Made by a program: the position numbers and the translations under genes. This document shows, piece after piece, positions 18,592 through 28,247 of a stretch of 64,000 bases of DNA. The stretch is from NCBI RefSeq assembly GCF_963975125.1, contig NZ_CAXBGB010000006.1, forward strand, positions 780 to 64,779. Reading direction: 5' to 3'. This DNA comes from an uncultured Winogradskyella sp. (GTDB lineage: Bacteria; Bacteroidota; Bacteroidia; Flavobacteriales; Flavobacteriaceae). Numbering within the stretch: position 1 is the first letter of the stretch; each line of letters begins with the position of its first letter. Under the pieces are notes generated by a model, which saw nothing but the letters and a program-made list of their open reading frames with translations, was not told the origin of the DNA and did not search any database.

Positions 18592-21009
18592 GTGAAGTAT
18601 AATATAACTCTTAGTATTTTTTTATTCCTCTTTTTGCAGATGGTCTATACTCAAAACATTACAGTTTTAGAAGAAAGTAGTAATGAGCCAATTCCTGGTG
18701 TTGCAATTTATAATTTAAAGAAAACCAAATATGTAGTTACAGATATAAATGGACAAGCCAAGTTGGATAGTTTCAACCCGAGAGAATTGATTTATTTTCA
18801 AAACTTGCTATACAAAAAACTGCAATTAAGAAAGTTTGATATTTCTGAAAACAATAATGTTATTTATTTAGTTCCAAGGGTTGAAGGATTAAAACAAATT
18901 GTTATTTCGGCTTCAAGATTTGAACAGAGTAAACGTGATATTCCTCAAACTATAGTTAGTGTTAATGCCAATGAAATCGAATTAGCCAATCCGCAAACTA
19001 GTGCAGATTTATTAGAAAATACAGGGAACATCTATATTCAAAAAAGTCAATTAGGTGGCGGCAGCCCTATGATTAGAGGTTTTTCTACCAATAGACTTTT
19101 AATTACAGTAGACGGCGTTAGAATGAATAACGCCATTTTTAGAGGAGGTAATCTTCAAAACGTCATATCTATTGATCCATTATCTATTCAGAATACCGAA
19201 GTTACATTAGGCGCAGGTTCTGTAGTTTATGGAAGTGATGCTATTGGTGGTGTAATGAGTTTTTATACTAAGAAACCGCATTTATCTTATAAGGACAAAC
19301 TGTATATTAGTGGTAATGCTTTGGTAAGATATGCGAGCACTAACGAAGAAAAAACAGGACACTTTGATCTTAATTTGGGCTATAAAAAATGGGCATTTTT
19401 AACTAATGTCAGTTACACAGATTTTGATGATTTAAGAATGGGAAGTAATGGACCAGACGATTATCTAAGATCAGAATATGTCATAAGGCAAAGTGGCGAA
19501 GATGTTATTGTAACTAATTCCGATCCTCAAATTCAAAAACCTACGGCTTACAGCCAGATTAACTTAATGCAAAAAGTCCGTTATGAACCTTCTGATAATT
19601 TAAATTTTGATTTAGGCATATATTACACAACGACTTCAGATTACCCAAGATATGATAGATTGATTAGACCTGGAGTTGAAACGCTTAGATCTGCAGAATG
19701 GGAGTATGGCCCGCAACAATGGTTTATGGGTAATCTGCAATTAACTAAGGTCAGCAGTAGCTCTAATTTGTATGATAAAATACAAACAACAGTTGCTTAT
19801 CAAAATTTCGTAGAGAGTAGAAGTGATAGAGATTTTCAGTCAACTATACGAAAAGTGAGGGAAGAAAATGTAGATGCCATTTCTTTTAATTTAGATTTAG
19901 AGAAAAAGACACATCCTAAGACAACAATTTACTATGGTGTAGAATATCTCTATAATACAGTAGGATCGGAGGGGAAAGATGAAAATATAGATGCAAATAC
20001 AAGTGTGCAAAATGTTACACGTTATCCAAAAGGCTCAACATGGCAGTCTTTCGCAGCTTATTCAAGTCTTAAATATAAACCCAATAGTAAGTTCGTATTT
20101 CAGTCGGGTTTACGATATAACCAGGTAATTGCAAACGCAGACTTTACCGAAAACAACGTGTTTTTAAATCTTCCGTTTAACGATGCCAAAGTAAATACAG
20201 GTGCTCTAACAGGTACTGCAGGTATAACCTGGTCTCCAAGTGATATGACTCAATGGAAGCTGAATGCTTCAACAGCATTTAGAGCGCCTAATATAGATGA
20301 TATAGGTAAAGTATTCGATTCGGAGCCTGGATCTGTGGTAGTGCCAAATAAAAATTTAAAGGCTGAATATGCTTATGGAGGTGAATTAGGTTTAAAATTG
20401 AATTTTTCTGACAAAGTCATTTTAGATTTAGCAACCTATTATACGTTTTTAGATAATGCTTTAATTCGAAGAGATTTTGAAATAAATGGTGAAACCGAAA
20501 TTGTTTATGATGGTGAGTTAAGTACGGTTCAGGCTATACAAAACGCATCAAAAGCATGGATTTATGGCTTTGAAGCAGGTATAGAAATTAATTTCACAGA
20601 TCAATTAAAATTGCAATCACAATATAATGTTATTGGTGGTACGGAAGATAATGAAGGTGTTGAAGCCCCAATTAGACATGTAGCACCAAATTTTGGACGC
20701 ACGCATCTAATATGGAAAAAAGATAAGTTTTTGTTGGATGCCTTTTTAATTTATAACAACGCTTTGTCGTTTAATCAACTGGCTCCTTCAGAGATTTCTA
20801 AAGACTATTTATATGCTTCAGATAAAGATGGAAACCCTTATGCACCATCTTGGCGTACGCTTAATATAAGAACGCAATATAGGTATAACGATAAACTTAG
20901 TATTACAGCAAGTTTAGAGAATATAACGGATCAACGTTACAGACCGTATTCTTCAGGAATTTCAGCAGCAGGTAGAAACTTGATTTTAGCTTTAAAATAT
21001 TCGCTATAA
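18592..21009 (+). CDS. TonB-dependent receptor with CarboxypepD_reg N-terminal domain
   Basis: 805 aa with a GTG start. Plug motifs (SASRFEQSKRDIPQTI, GGGSPMIRGF). FRAP-type box and barrel strands. Confidence 0.9.
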   Translation: MKYNITLSIFLFLFLQMVYTQNITVLEESSNEPIPGVAIYNLKKTKYVVTDINGQAKLDSFNPRELIYFQNLLYKKLQLRKFDISENNNVIYLVPRVEGLKQIVISASRFEQSKRDIPQTIVSVNANEIELANPQTSADLLENTGNIYIQKSQLGGGSPMIRGFSTNRLLITVDGVRMNNAIFRGGNLQNVISIDPLSIQNTEVTLGAGSVVYGSDAIGGVMSFYTKKPHLSYKDKLYISGNALVRYASTNEEKTGHFDLNLGYKKWAFLTNVSYTDFDDLRMGSNGPDDYLRSEYVIRQSGEDVIVTNSDPQIQKPTAYSQINLMQKVRYEPSDNLNFDLGIYYTTTSDYPRYDRLIRPGVETLRSAEWEYGPQQWFMGNLQLTKVSSSSNLYDKIQTTVAYQNFVESRSDRDFQSTIRKVREENVDAISFNLDLEKKTHPKTTIYYGVEYLYNTVGSEGKDENIDANTSVQNVTRYPKGSTWQSFAAYSSLKYKPNSKFVFQSGLRYNQVIANADFTENNVFLNLPFNDAKVNTGALTGTAGITWSPSDMTQWKLNASTAFRAPNIDDIGKVFDSEPGSVVVPNKNLKAEYAYGGELGLKLNFSDKVILDLATYYTFLDNALIRRDFEINGETEIVYDGELSTVQAIQNASKAWIYGFEAGIEINFTDQLKLQSQYNVIGGTEDNEGVEAPIRHVAPNFGRTHLIWKKDKFLLDAFLIYNNALSFNQLAPSEISKDYLYASDKDGNPYAPSWRTLNIRTQYRYNDKLSITASLENITDQRYRPYSSGISAAGRNLILALKYSL

Positions 21010-21058
21010 AACACCTCATTATAATGATAAGATCTGTTGTGTTTTTTTGTTATTTATA

Positions 21059-23419
21059 TTATTGTCGTTTAATAGCCTTTTTACTAATCACTTGTCCGTT
21101 TGACAAAGTTACCTTTGCAATATAAGCGGCTTTACTGAGTAGAGATAAGTCATATATTTCAGTTGAACTATCACCTTTTAGATTATAAATTTGTCTTCCT
21201 GTAATATCTAAAATTTCAACATCTGTTATAGTAAAACTTTTACCAATTTTAAATTGAACATTTCCGTTAATCAACTCAATTACTGATAAGTCATTTTTAT
21301 CTACCCGATTATCATCAATAGAAAGTGCACCTGCTCTATACACTATTTCAAATCGATTATTAAATTCACCAACTACGGATGTAAATATGTAGTCAGAATC
21401 TTTAAGATTGATAATAGTGTTTAATAGATTGTCTTTTATATAAATAGCACTATTATTTAAAAACTCACCTTCAAAGAGGGCTAATGATAGAGTATAAATT
21501 GTAGGCTCATCAATTGAAGTATAAAAACCTAAAGGAATAATCTCATCTTCATTCAGCGAGTTTAAATCTCGTCCCTGAATAGCATATTTCTTGTCATTGT
21601 TATCAATAATTGAATATAAAATAGAATTTGCGCCTGTAGATAAATTTCTTGGTGCATCAAAGTATGTGCCATCAAACCCATTAGTTGCATTATTAATGTA
21701 GCCAACTAAGATTTGATTAAACACTCCATTATCAGAAGTTAGATTTACCCAAACTCTATTAGAAGAACTCGTATTTGTTGTTGAATTTCTAAAAAATTGA
21801 TTATTGTTACCTGTTACTCTCATCGAATTATTAAAAATAACATTACCTGTAACGCTTATAGGTGTATCACTAAAAGAAACAAAGAAACCTTGACCAGAAG
21901 GTATAAAACGACTAGGTTTGTCATTAATATCAACCATGCCGTCACCATTCGTATCATCTCCTCCTTGTGTTTCACCAATTCCGTTAATAGTTGCATAGTC
22001 AGATTGAACAAAATTGAGTAATGCATTACCGTTAGTTGTATCAGATGGTTGCGTATTCTGAGACCATAAATAAACTGTGCCATCTAGTAATCCGTTTACG
22101 TTTAAAACATTTACATTTTCATTAAAAAAGGTATCAACATTAATCGCGGAGGGATAGGGATTGCCAATAAAATTCCAGTTAGTATCATTTGTTTCAGTAT
22201 CATTTCTGTAAACAGGGACTGTAATAACACCATTGTTAAATAGACCTGTAAATGTATAATCAAATTGGTAAGGAGGAGAACTCATTGGTGGACCAAAAAA
22301 CAAATCTTCTCTATGAGTAGAGGCGTAACCATAGCCTGGTGTCATAGTATCTGTGCCATTAACTAAGATCCAATCGTCACCATTATCATCAATATCATCT
22401 TGCCCAAGAATTTGTGTGTCATCATTATTAGATTCTGCATACTCATCTAAAAAATTTTGTCCTTCAAATCTAAATCGTCTATTTAGGGTTCCTTCAGTTA
22501 TACCATTATCTATTGTAGTATTAGATGTTGGAGAACTCCAGTAGGTATATTCGTACCAATTATTCATTGGAGCTGTTGTTTTAGTAACTTCAATTACTCC
22601 TGTGCCACTAACGGTTGCTAAGTTATCTATTTGGATAACAGACCCTTCGGTTGCAACATTAATGTTAGCATTCGCTATTATATCATTTTCTATTATAATA
22701 TAGCCACCATTCTGAATGCTTAAAGTAGCGTTAACAGTTAAATTACATGCAATTAAGTTGTCATTTGCAGTAGTATCGTAGGTGCCATTTAAAATCGCTT
22801 CTGTATTGGTATCTGGGATTCCATTATCCCAAGTCGTCCCATTCCATGTCGTGGTATTTTGGCAGCCATCAGTACTAACTATACCATTAAAAGTGAAATC
22901 ATTAATGCTAAAAGTACCTGTACCTCCAGATGCATTCCAAGCATAGACTCTAAAAGTAATGGCAGTTGTAATGTTTTGATAGTCTAGTCCAGATAAATTA
23001 ATTGTAGCCCCAGTAATTATAGGAGTACCAATATTAGTAGTAAAACCATCTTCGCTACTTCTAAAAACAATGTCTGTTGGTCCAGTAAGAGAACTTTGTC
23101 CAGTATATTCAAAACTTACAAAGTCAATTTCAAAACCAGCATTTGGCGTTATTGTAAATTCGAAGTATGCTGTTAAATCTATCGCTACAGTATTCCAACC
23201 ACTAGCATTATACCTATCATTAGTATTTTTTGGATTGATGCCTGTTCCGCGACCTATACCAGTTGCTGTAATATTAGCATCTACAATTTGGCCATTAATA
23301 TAAGGATTGTCATTGTTTGGACGGAAACCACTTATTGGGTTTGTAAAAACGCTCTGTCCAAAAGCAAAACAAAGACAAGCAAAAAATAATAATGAGGCTA
23401 GGTAGTAATTTTTTTTCAT
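21059..23419 (-). CDS. T9SS-sorted secreted protein of unknown function
   Basis: 786 aa. Signal peptide. C-terminal Por_Secre_tail-like strand pattern (VEILDITGRQIYNL...YIAKVTLSNGQVISKKAIK). The C-terminal two-thirds are paralogous to 56660..58519. Confidence 0.8.
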   Translation of the reverse strand: MKKNYYLASLLFFACLCFAFGQSVFTNPISGFRPNNDNPYINGQIVDANITATGIGRGTGINPKNTNDRYNASGWNTVAIDLTAYFEFTITPNAGFEIDFVSFEYTGQSSLTGPTDIVFRSSEDGFTTNIGTPIITGATINLSGLDYQNITTAITFRVYAWNASGGTGTFSINDFTFNGIVSTDGCQNTTTWNGTTWDNGIPDTNTEAILNGTYDTTANDNLIACNLTVNATLSIQNGGYIIIENDIIANANINVATEGSVIQIDNLATVSGTGVIEVTKTTAPMNNWYEYTYWSSPTSNTTIDNGITEGTLNRRFRFEGQNFLDEYAESNNDDTQILGQDDIDDNGDDWILVNGTDTMTPGYGYASTHREDLFFGPPMSSPPYQFDYTFTGLFNNGVITVPVYRNDTETNDTNWNFIGNPYPSAINVDTFFNENVNVLNVNGLLDGTVYLWSQNTQPSDTTNGNALLNFVQSDYATINGIGETQGGDDTNGDGMVDINDKPSRFIPSGQGFFVSFSDTPISVTGNVIFNNSMRVTGNNNQFFRNSTTNTSSSNRVWVNLTSDNGVFNQILVGYINNATNGFDGTYFDAPRNLSTGANSILYSIIDNNDKKYAIQGRDLNSLNEDEIIPLGFYTSIDEPTIYTLSLALFEGEFLNNSAIYIKDNLLNTIINLKDSDYIFTSVVGEFNNRFEIVYRAGALSIDDNRVDKNDLSVIELINGNVQFKIGKSFTITDVEILDITGRQIYNLKGDSSTEIYDLSLLSKAAYIAKVTLSNGQVISKKAIKRQ

Positions 23420-23500
23420 GAGGGTGATTTTTAGGTTAATTTGGGGATAAAGAAATTTTACACTTTATTACCATCACACTAGCAAATATGAGTTAAAATC

Positions 23501-23986
23501 TTGTATTTTAGATGTTTGAATCTACAAAAAACATATACGGTCGATGAAGCGCGAAAAAAACTCGAAAATTATTGTGCATATCAAGAGCGTTGCCACAAAG
23601 AAGTGAAATCTAAGTTAAAGGAAATGAGAATGATTCCTGAGGTAATCGATAACATATTGGTGTATTTAATTCAGAATAATTACCTTAATGAAGAACGTTT
23701 TGCCAAGGCTTATGTAAGAGGGAAGTTTAGAATAAAAAAATGGGGAAAAAACAGATTAGTAAGAGAATTGAGGTTTAGAGAGATTTCTAGATATAATATT
23801 GATACTGCTCTTAAAGAAATTGATTTAGACGATTATTATAATACTTTAGATGAACTTGTAAATAAGCGAATTAGCCAAGTCAAAGAAAATAACCTTTACA
23901 AAAAGAAGAAAAAGGTTGCAGATTACTTATTATATAGAGGATGGGAATCGCATTTAATTTACGAAAAGCTTAACGAATATCTGTAA
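23501..23986 (+). CDS. recX: RecX family regulatory protein
   Basis: ARKKLENYCAYQERCHKEVKSKL plus repeated three-helix units. There is no in-frame ATG before residue 42, so the start must be TTG (23501 or 23516). Confidence 0.8.
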   Translation: MYFRCLNLQKTYTVDEARKKLENYCAYQERCHKEVKSKLKEMRMIPEVIDNILVYLIQNNYLNEERFAKAYVRGKFRIKKWGKNRLVRELRFREISRYNIDTALKEIDLDDYYNTLDELVNKRISQVKENNLYKKKKKVADYLLYRGWESHLIYEKLNEYL

Positions 23987-24041
23987 AAAAAAGCCCTTTC
24001 AAATTAATAAAAGAGCTCTTGTACTATAATTAAAAGGTAAA

Positions 24042-24533
24042 CTACAGATTAAATGTAGCACCTATATTTAAAGTAAACTGATTGTAGATATAATAACCAA
24101 TATCAGTTTTGTCGTTACTATATTTTGCTAAAGGGAATGTAGCTTCAGTAAATATTCCAAATCCCTCAGAGAAGAAATAACGTGCACCAATATGGCCACC
24201 AAAATTCTTTAAGCTTAAGCTAAGACCAGGATAAACATCGAAATTTTCATCGATAGCTAAAACGTTACCTAAATTGGCATTAAATCTTGCTTTTAAATCA
24301 AAACGATCACCAAAATCTGCACCAAAACTATCATCAATACCTAAAGCATAAGATGAAGATACACCTATAGAAATATTATCACCTAAACCGTAATCAAAGC
24401 TCACATTAATACCTGTTGCTTCATCCTGAAAATTAGCACCAATTTGAAATTTTTGATCTCCTTTGCCATCGAATGCCTGTGCACTGACAAATGAAACAGA
24501 AATTAATGCCATAATTAAAACTAAATTTTTCAT
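24042..24533 (-). CDS. small outer-membrane beta-barrel protein
   Basis: Signal peptide VSFVSAQA. Gly/aromatic alternating strands ending GATFNL. 163 aa. Confidence 0.6.
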   Translation of the reverse strand: MKNLVLIMALISVSFVSAQAFDGKGDQKFQIGANFQDEATGINVSFDYGLGDNISIGVSSSYALGIDDSFGADFGDRFDLKARFNANLGNVLAIDENFDVYPGLSLSLKNFGGHIGARYFFSEGFGIFTEATFPLAKYSNDKTDIGYYIYNQFTLNIGATFNL

Positions 24534-24559
24534 AATCTTCTATCTAAAATTTGAATGGG

Positions 24560-24567
24560 CAAATATA
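24560..24567 (-). promoter_or_regulatory. candidate -7 box TATATTTG (minus strand)
   Basis: Exact TAnnTTTG match 27 nt upstream of the start at 24533. Confidence 0.4.
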
Positions 24568-24932
24568 TTATAAGTTTTTAAACTGAAGCCGTTTTCTTAA
24601 AAACTCTTATGTGTTATAGAAACTTGGTCTTTGTGATGGTTTTAATAACAGGAATTTCTTGTAGATTTAAGTGCAATATTCAAATGCTTAGTATAACGAA
24701 GCTCATAAAGCGTTACTAAAATTTATTTATTGAGTTAGTCACTTAGTTGCTGTTAGTTTTGATACTGTCATTCAATTAGTTACAATGTGTTTTTCTTTAA
24801 AAATATGCAAACATACTGATAGAATCTTCTAGTTCTTCCTTCGGTTTTATGTAACTAGTTTAAAATCAGTAGAAATAAAAATAAAATCACGTTTCTTAAG
24901 TGTATAACTCAATTTATTTATTTTAAAGTAAA

Positions 24933-26027
24933 CTACTTTAAAATTTTAGCTTTTTGTTTAGCCTCTTCATTACGTTCAATTTTATAATCTGGTCGCGACC
25001 ATTTTGGTTTCTCACCTAAATGCTGATATTGAGAATCTTTAGCTTCAACAGATTCTGGTTGCATTTTTTTAATGAATGGCTTTTGAGTACTTAAACCTAA
25101 AACCTTAAACATTTCCATATCCTCACTCACATCTGGGTTTGGTGTTGTTAAGAGTTTATCTCCTGCAAAAATAGAATTGGCACCAGCAAAGAAACACAAG
25201 GCTTGACCTTCTCTTGTCATTTGAGTTCTTCCTGCAGACAACCGCACTTGAGTTTCTGGTATTACAATACGAGTTGTAGCTACCATACGCACCATATCCC
25301 AAATTGAGATAGGTTCTTGTTCTTCTAAAGGTGTGCCTTCTACTGCGACTAATGCATTAATAGGTACAGATTCTGGTTGAGGATTTAAAGTTGAAAGCGC
25401 AACTAACATTCCTGCTCTGTCTTCAACCTTTTCTCCCATACCAATAATACCACCAGAACAAACCGTTACATTGGTTTTACGAACGTTATCTATAGTTTCT
25501 AAACGATCTTCAAAACCACGAGTAGAAATAACTTCTTTATAGTACTCCTCTGATGAATCTAAGTTGTGATTGTAGGCATATAAACCAGCTTCAGCTAAAC
25601 GTTGCGCTTGGTTTTCTGTAACCATACCAAGTGTGCAACACACTTCCATATCTAGCTTGTTTATGGTACGTACCATTTCTAAAACTTGATCAAACTCAGG
25701 CCCATCTTTTACATTTCTCCAAGCTGCTCCCATACATACACGTGAGCTTCCAGATGACTTAGCGCGTAAAGCTTGCGCTTTTACTTGCTGAACACTCATT
25801 AAATCATTGCCTTTAATGTCTGTGTGATAACGTGCCGCTTGTGGACAGTAACCACAATCTTCTGGGCAGCCACCAGTTTTAATAGACAATAAAGTAGAAA
25901 CCTGAACTGTATTTGGGTCGTGGTGCTCTCTATGTATTGTTGCTGCTTCGTAAAGCAGTTCCATTAAGGGTTTGTTGTAGATCTCTAGAATTTCTTCTTT
26001 CGTCCAGTTGTGTCTTACTACGCTCAT
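24933..26027 (-). CDS. bioB: biotin synthase
   Basis: Radical-SAM CPEDCGYCPQ motif. 364 aa with an extended basic C-terminal tail. Confidence 0.95.
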   Translation of the reverse strand: MSVVRHNWTKEEILEIYNKPLMELLYEAATIHREHHDPNTVQVSTLLSIKTGGCPEDCGYCPQAARYHTDIKGNDLMSVQQVKAQALRAKSSGSSRVCMGAAWRNVKDGPEFDQVLEMVRTINKLDMEVCCTLGMVTENQAQRLAEAGLYAYNHNLDSSEEYYKEVISTRGFEDRLETIDNVRKTNVTVCSGGIIGMGEKVEDRAGMLVALSTLNPQPESVPINALVAVEGTPLEEQEPISIWDMVRMVATTRIVIPETQVRLSAGRTQMTREGQALCFFAGANSIFAGDKLLTTPNPDVSEDMEMFKVLGLSTQKPFIKKMQPESVEAKDSQYQHLGEKPKWSRPDYKIERNEEAKQKAKILK

Positions 26028-26040
26028 AGAAAATTATTAT

Positions 26041-26082
26041 GTTGTAAAAATAGAAAATTCCACTTTGTAAAGTGGAATTTTC
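26041..26082 (-). terminator. perfect 14-bp-stem hairpin plus T-tract (terminator of the flotillin gene; member of the ATTCC..GGAAT hairpin family)
   Basis: GAAAATTCCACTTT-GT-AAAGTGGAATTTTC at 26053..26082. On the minus strand it is followed by TATTTTTAC. It lies 25 nt upstream of the bioB ATG. Confidence 0.7.
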
Positions 26083-26090
26083 AACTTGTT

Positions 26091-27524
26091 TTATTTCTTT
26101 TCAGAAGTATCAATTTCCGCCTCATCTGCTTCAATCTCTTTTTTGTCTTTACCTTTTAAATACTCAGGTAAATCCATACCAGCCATATTAAACATTTCTT
26201 GTAAAGGAGGTACTGATTTGTACATGCCTGATAAGAAATTAGCGGTTGACGATTTTCCGTCTTCACCATTTCCGCCATTATCCCAAACCGTAACTTTATC
26301 AATCTTAATGTTCTTTATAGCGTCTGATTGAATTTGTACCAGTTCTGGTAATTTATCAGCAATTAATAACAATACAGCATCTCTACTATTGTTTCCAGCA
26401 GCTTTTACGATTTCTTGTAAACCAGCAGCTTGTTTTGTTAAGACTTCAAATTGCCCTTGAGCTTCTGCTTGCGCTTTAAATAGTATCGCATCAGCTTCAC
26501 CTTTTGCACGTCTTCTAATACGTTCTGCTTCAGCTTCTGCATCAATTTCAACTTTACGTTTATCAATTTCAGCAGGTACAATAATATCAGCCATTTGAGA
26601 AGAACGTTCACGTTCTGCTCTAGCAACTTCTGCATTTTGCTCTGCGGCATAAGACTCTTCTAATGCTTTTGCAGTCTGTACTTTCTCTGATGCAATAGCC
26701 ACACGCTCTGCTTCTGCTTCGCGTTGACGACGTAAAGAATCTGAATTCGCTACCGCAATTTTCGCAGTGTTTTCACCTTCTACAGCTTGTGCATTTGCTG
26801 CAGCAACTTGTGTTCTTTCATCTTGTACAGCATTAGCCTCACCAATTGAACCATCTCTAGTTTTTTCTGCAACCGACTTACGAGCTGCATTAATTGCATG
26901 TGCAGCAGCTTCTTTACCAAGCGCTTCAATATAGCCAGACTCATCTACGATATCTGTTATGTTTACGTTGATTAATTTAAGACCTACTTTCTTTAATTCA
27001 GTTTCTACACTCTGTGAGATATTAGTTAAGAATTTGTCACGGTCATTATTAATTTCTTCAATATCCATTGAAGCTACTACTAAACGTAGTTGACCAAAAA
27101 TGATTTCTTGTGCTAATTCTTGAATTTCATTCTGACCCAATCCTAATAAACGCTCTGCTGCATTTTGCATAATACCTGGCTCAGTTGATATACCAATGGT
27201 AAAACGAGAGGGAACATTAACACGAATATTCTGTTTAGATAAGGCGTTAACTAGATTTACCTCAATGGATATTGGTGTTAAATCTAGGAATTCATAATCT
27301 TGAATAACAGGAATAATAAATGCAGCACCTCCATGAATACATTTGGCCGATTGTCCTCCGCCAACTTTACCATAGACTACTAATATTCTATCTGATGGAC
27401 AACGTTTATAACGTTTTATTAAAATAATTAAGGTTAATACTATAAATAATGCGACAAATATTAGCAACATAGGTCCACCTATGCCATCCATATTAAAGTT
27501 CTCTTGTATGCTCAGTAATTTCAT
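26091..27524 (-). CDS. flotillin (SPFH/band-7 family, YqiK-like)
   Basis: N-terminal TM segment, SPFH domain, and a long Ala/Glu-rich coiled-coil region (AEAERVAIASEKVQTAKALEESYAAEQNAEVARAE). 477 aa. Confidence 0.9.
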   Translation of the reverse strand: MKLLSIQENFNMDGIGGPMLLIFVALFIVLTLIILIKRYKRCPSDRILVVYGKVGGGQSAKCIHGGAAFIIPVIQDYEFLDLTPISIEVNLVNALSKQNIRVNVPSRFTIGISTEPGIMQNAAERLLGLGQNEIQELAQEIIFGQLRLVVASMDIEEINNDRDKFLTNISQSVETELKKVGLKLINVNITDIVDESGYIEALGKEAAAHAINAARKSVAEKTRDGSIGEANAVQDERTQVAAANAQAVEGENTAKIAVANSDSLRRQREAEAERVAIASEKVQTAKALEESYAAEQNAEVARAERERSSQMADIIVPAEIDKRKVEIDAEAEAERIRRRAKGEADAILFKAQAEAQGQFEVLTKQAAGLQEIVKAAGNNSRDAVLLLIADKLPELVQIQSDAIKNIKIDKVTVWDNGGNGEDGKSSTANFLSGMYKSVPPLQEMFNMAGMDLPEYLKGKDKKEIEADEAEIDTSEKK

Positions 27525-27554
27525 ATGTTATTGGGTTTAAGGGTTGATTATTAA

Positions 27555-28190
27555 TTATAAAAGTTTCTTTTGAGCGTTATTACTTAGCAATGGCTCTTTA
27601 TTAGCTTTTGAGGGCTCAATTGGTTTACGTGTGTGGTCAACAATGAGAATACCGTTTGAGGTAACATCGACGACCTTTATAATGGTTCCGGATTTTAATT
27701 CGGTTAATGAGTCTGTAAGTGCATCTAACTCTCGCATAGTGCCTTGTACACTAACATTTACTTTTCCCATTCTAGAGCGATCTGCACCTATGGTCAAATA
27801 GACTTCGCCAACAGCATCAATAGCATTTGTGTAATTTAATGTACCGCTATCAGTAAGTTTACTAATAAAATAAAATAGTGCTGCCATAATTGTCATCATT
27901 AACAATCCAGATAACAGAGAGATAATGATAATTACAGGTTTTGATAAGCCAGCGTCAATACTTGCAATTCCACTCCAACCAAAAATGGTGAAAAAGCCTA
28001 TCAAGTTTTTAAAGGTGATGAATTGAAACCCTGCACCTGAATCTATGTCAGAGTCTACTTCGTCTATATCATCAGCATCTCCTCCGGTAAATGCCAATAA
28101 CATTACTACCGAAAAAATTAGAGAGCCTATAATGGCTATTAACCAATAGACTTTTGTGAAAAATTCTAAATTTGAAAACCATTCAGTCAT
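27555..28190 (-). CDS. NfeD/YqiJ-like membrane protein (flotillin partner)
   Basis: Multi-TM N-terminal part plus a C-terminal OB-like soluble domain (GEVYLTIGADRSRMGKVNVSVQGTMRELDA). Lies directly upstream of flotillin, as in yqiJ-yqiK. Confidence 0.7.
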   Translation of the reverse strand: MTEWFSNLEFFTKVYWLIAIIGSLIFSVVMLLAFTGGDADDIDEVDSDIDSGAGFQFITFKNLIGFFTIFGWSGIASIDAGLSKPVIIIISLLSGLLMMTIMAALFYFISKLTDSGTLNYTNAIDAVGEVYLTIGADRSRMGKVNVSVQGTMRELDALTDSLTELKSGTIIKVVDVTSNGILIVDHTRKPIEPSKANKEPLLSNNAQKKLL

Positions 28191-28247
28191 AACTTTGAGA
28201 TTTTAAATGCGTGAATAAATATACGACCATTATAAGACTGCGCAATC

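Noticed and set aside
18592-21009. Heme/hemoglobin specificity for the first TonB-dependent receptor, based on FRAP and PNKNL boxes.
   Set aside because: The conserved His between the boxes is absent, and FRAP-like strands occur in many TonB-dependent receptors. Only the generic call is supported.
21797-23303. ORFs 21797..22021, 21856..22083, 22353..22544 and 23070..23303.
   Set aside because: All are nested in, or antisense to, the 786-aa T9SS cargo gene.
26086-26650. ORFs 26086..26331 (+) and 26438..26650 (-).
   Set aside because: They are alternative-frame or antisense products of the Ala/Glu-rich coiled-coil region of flotillin, and the repetitive codons create spurious ORFs.
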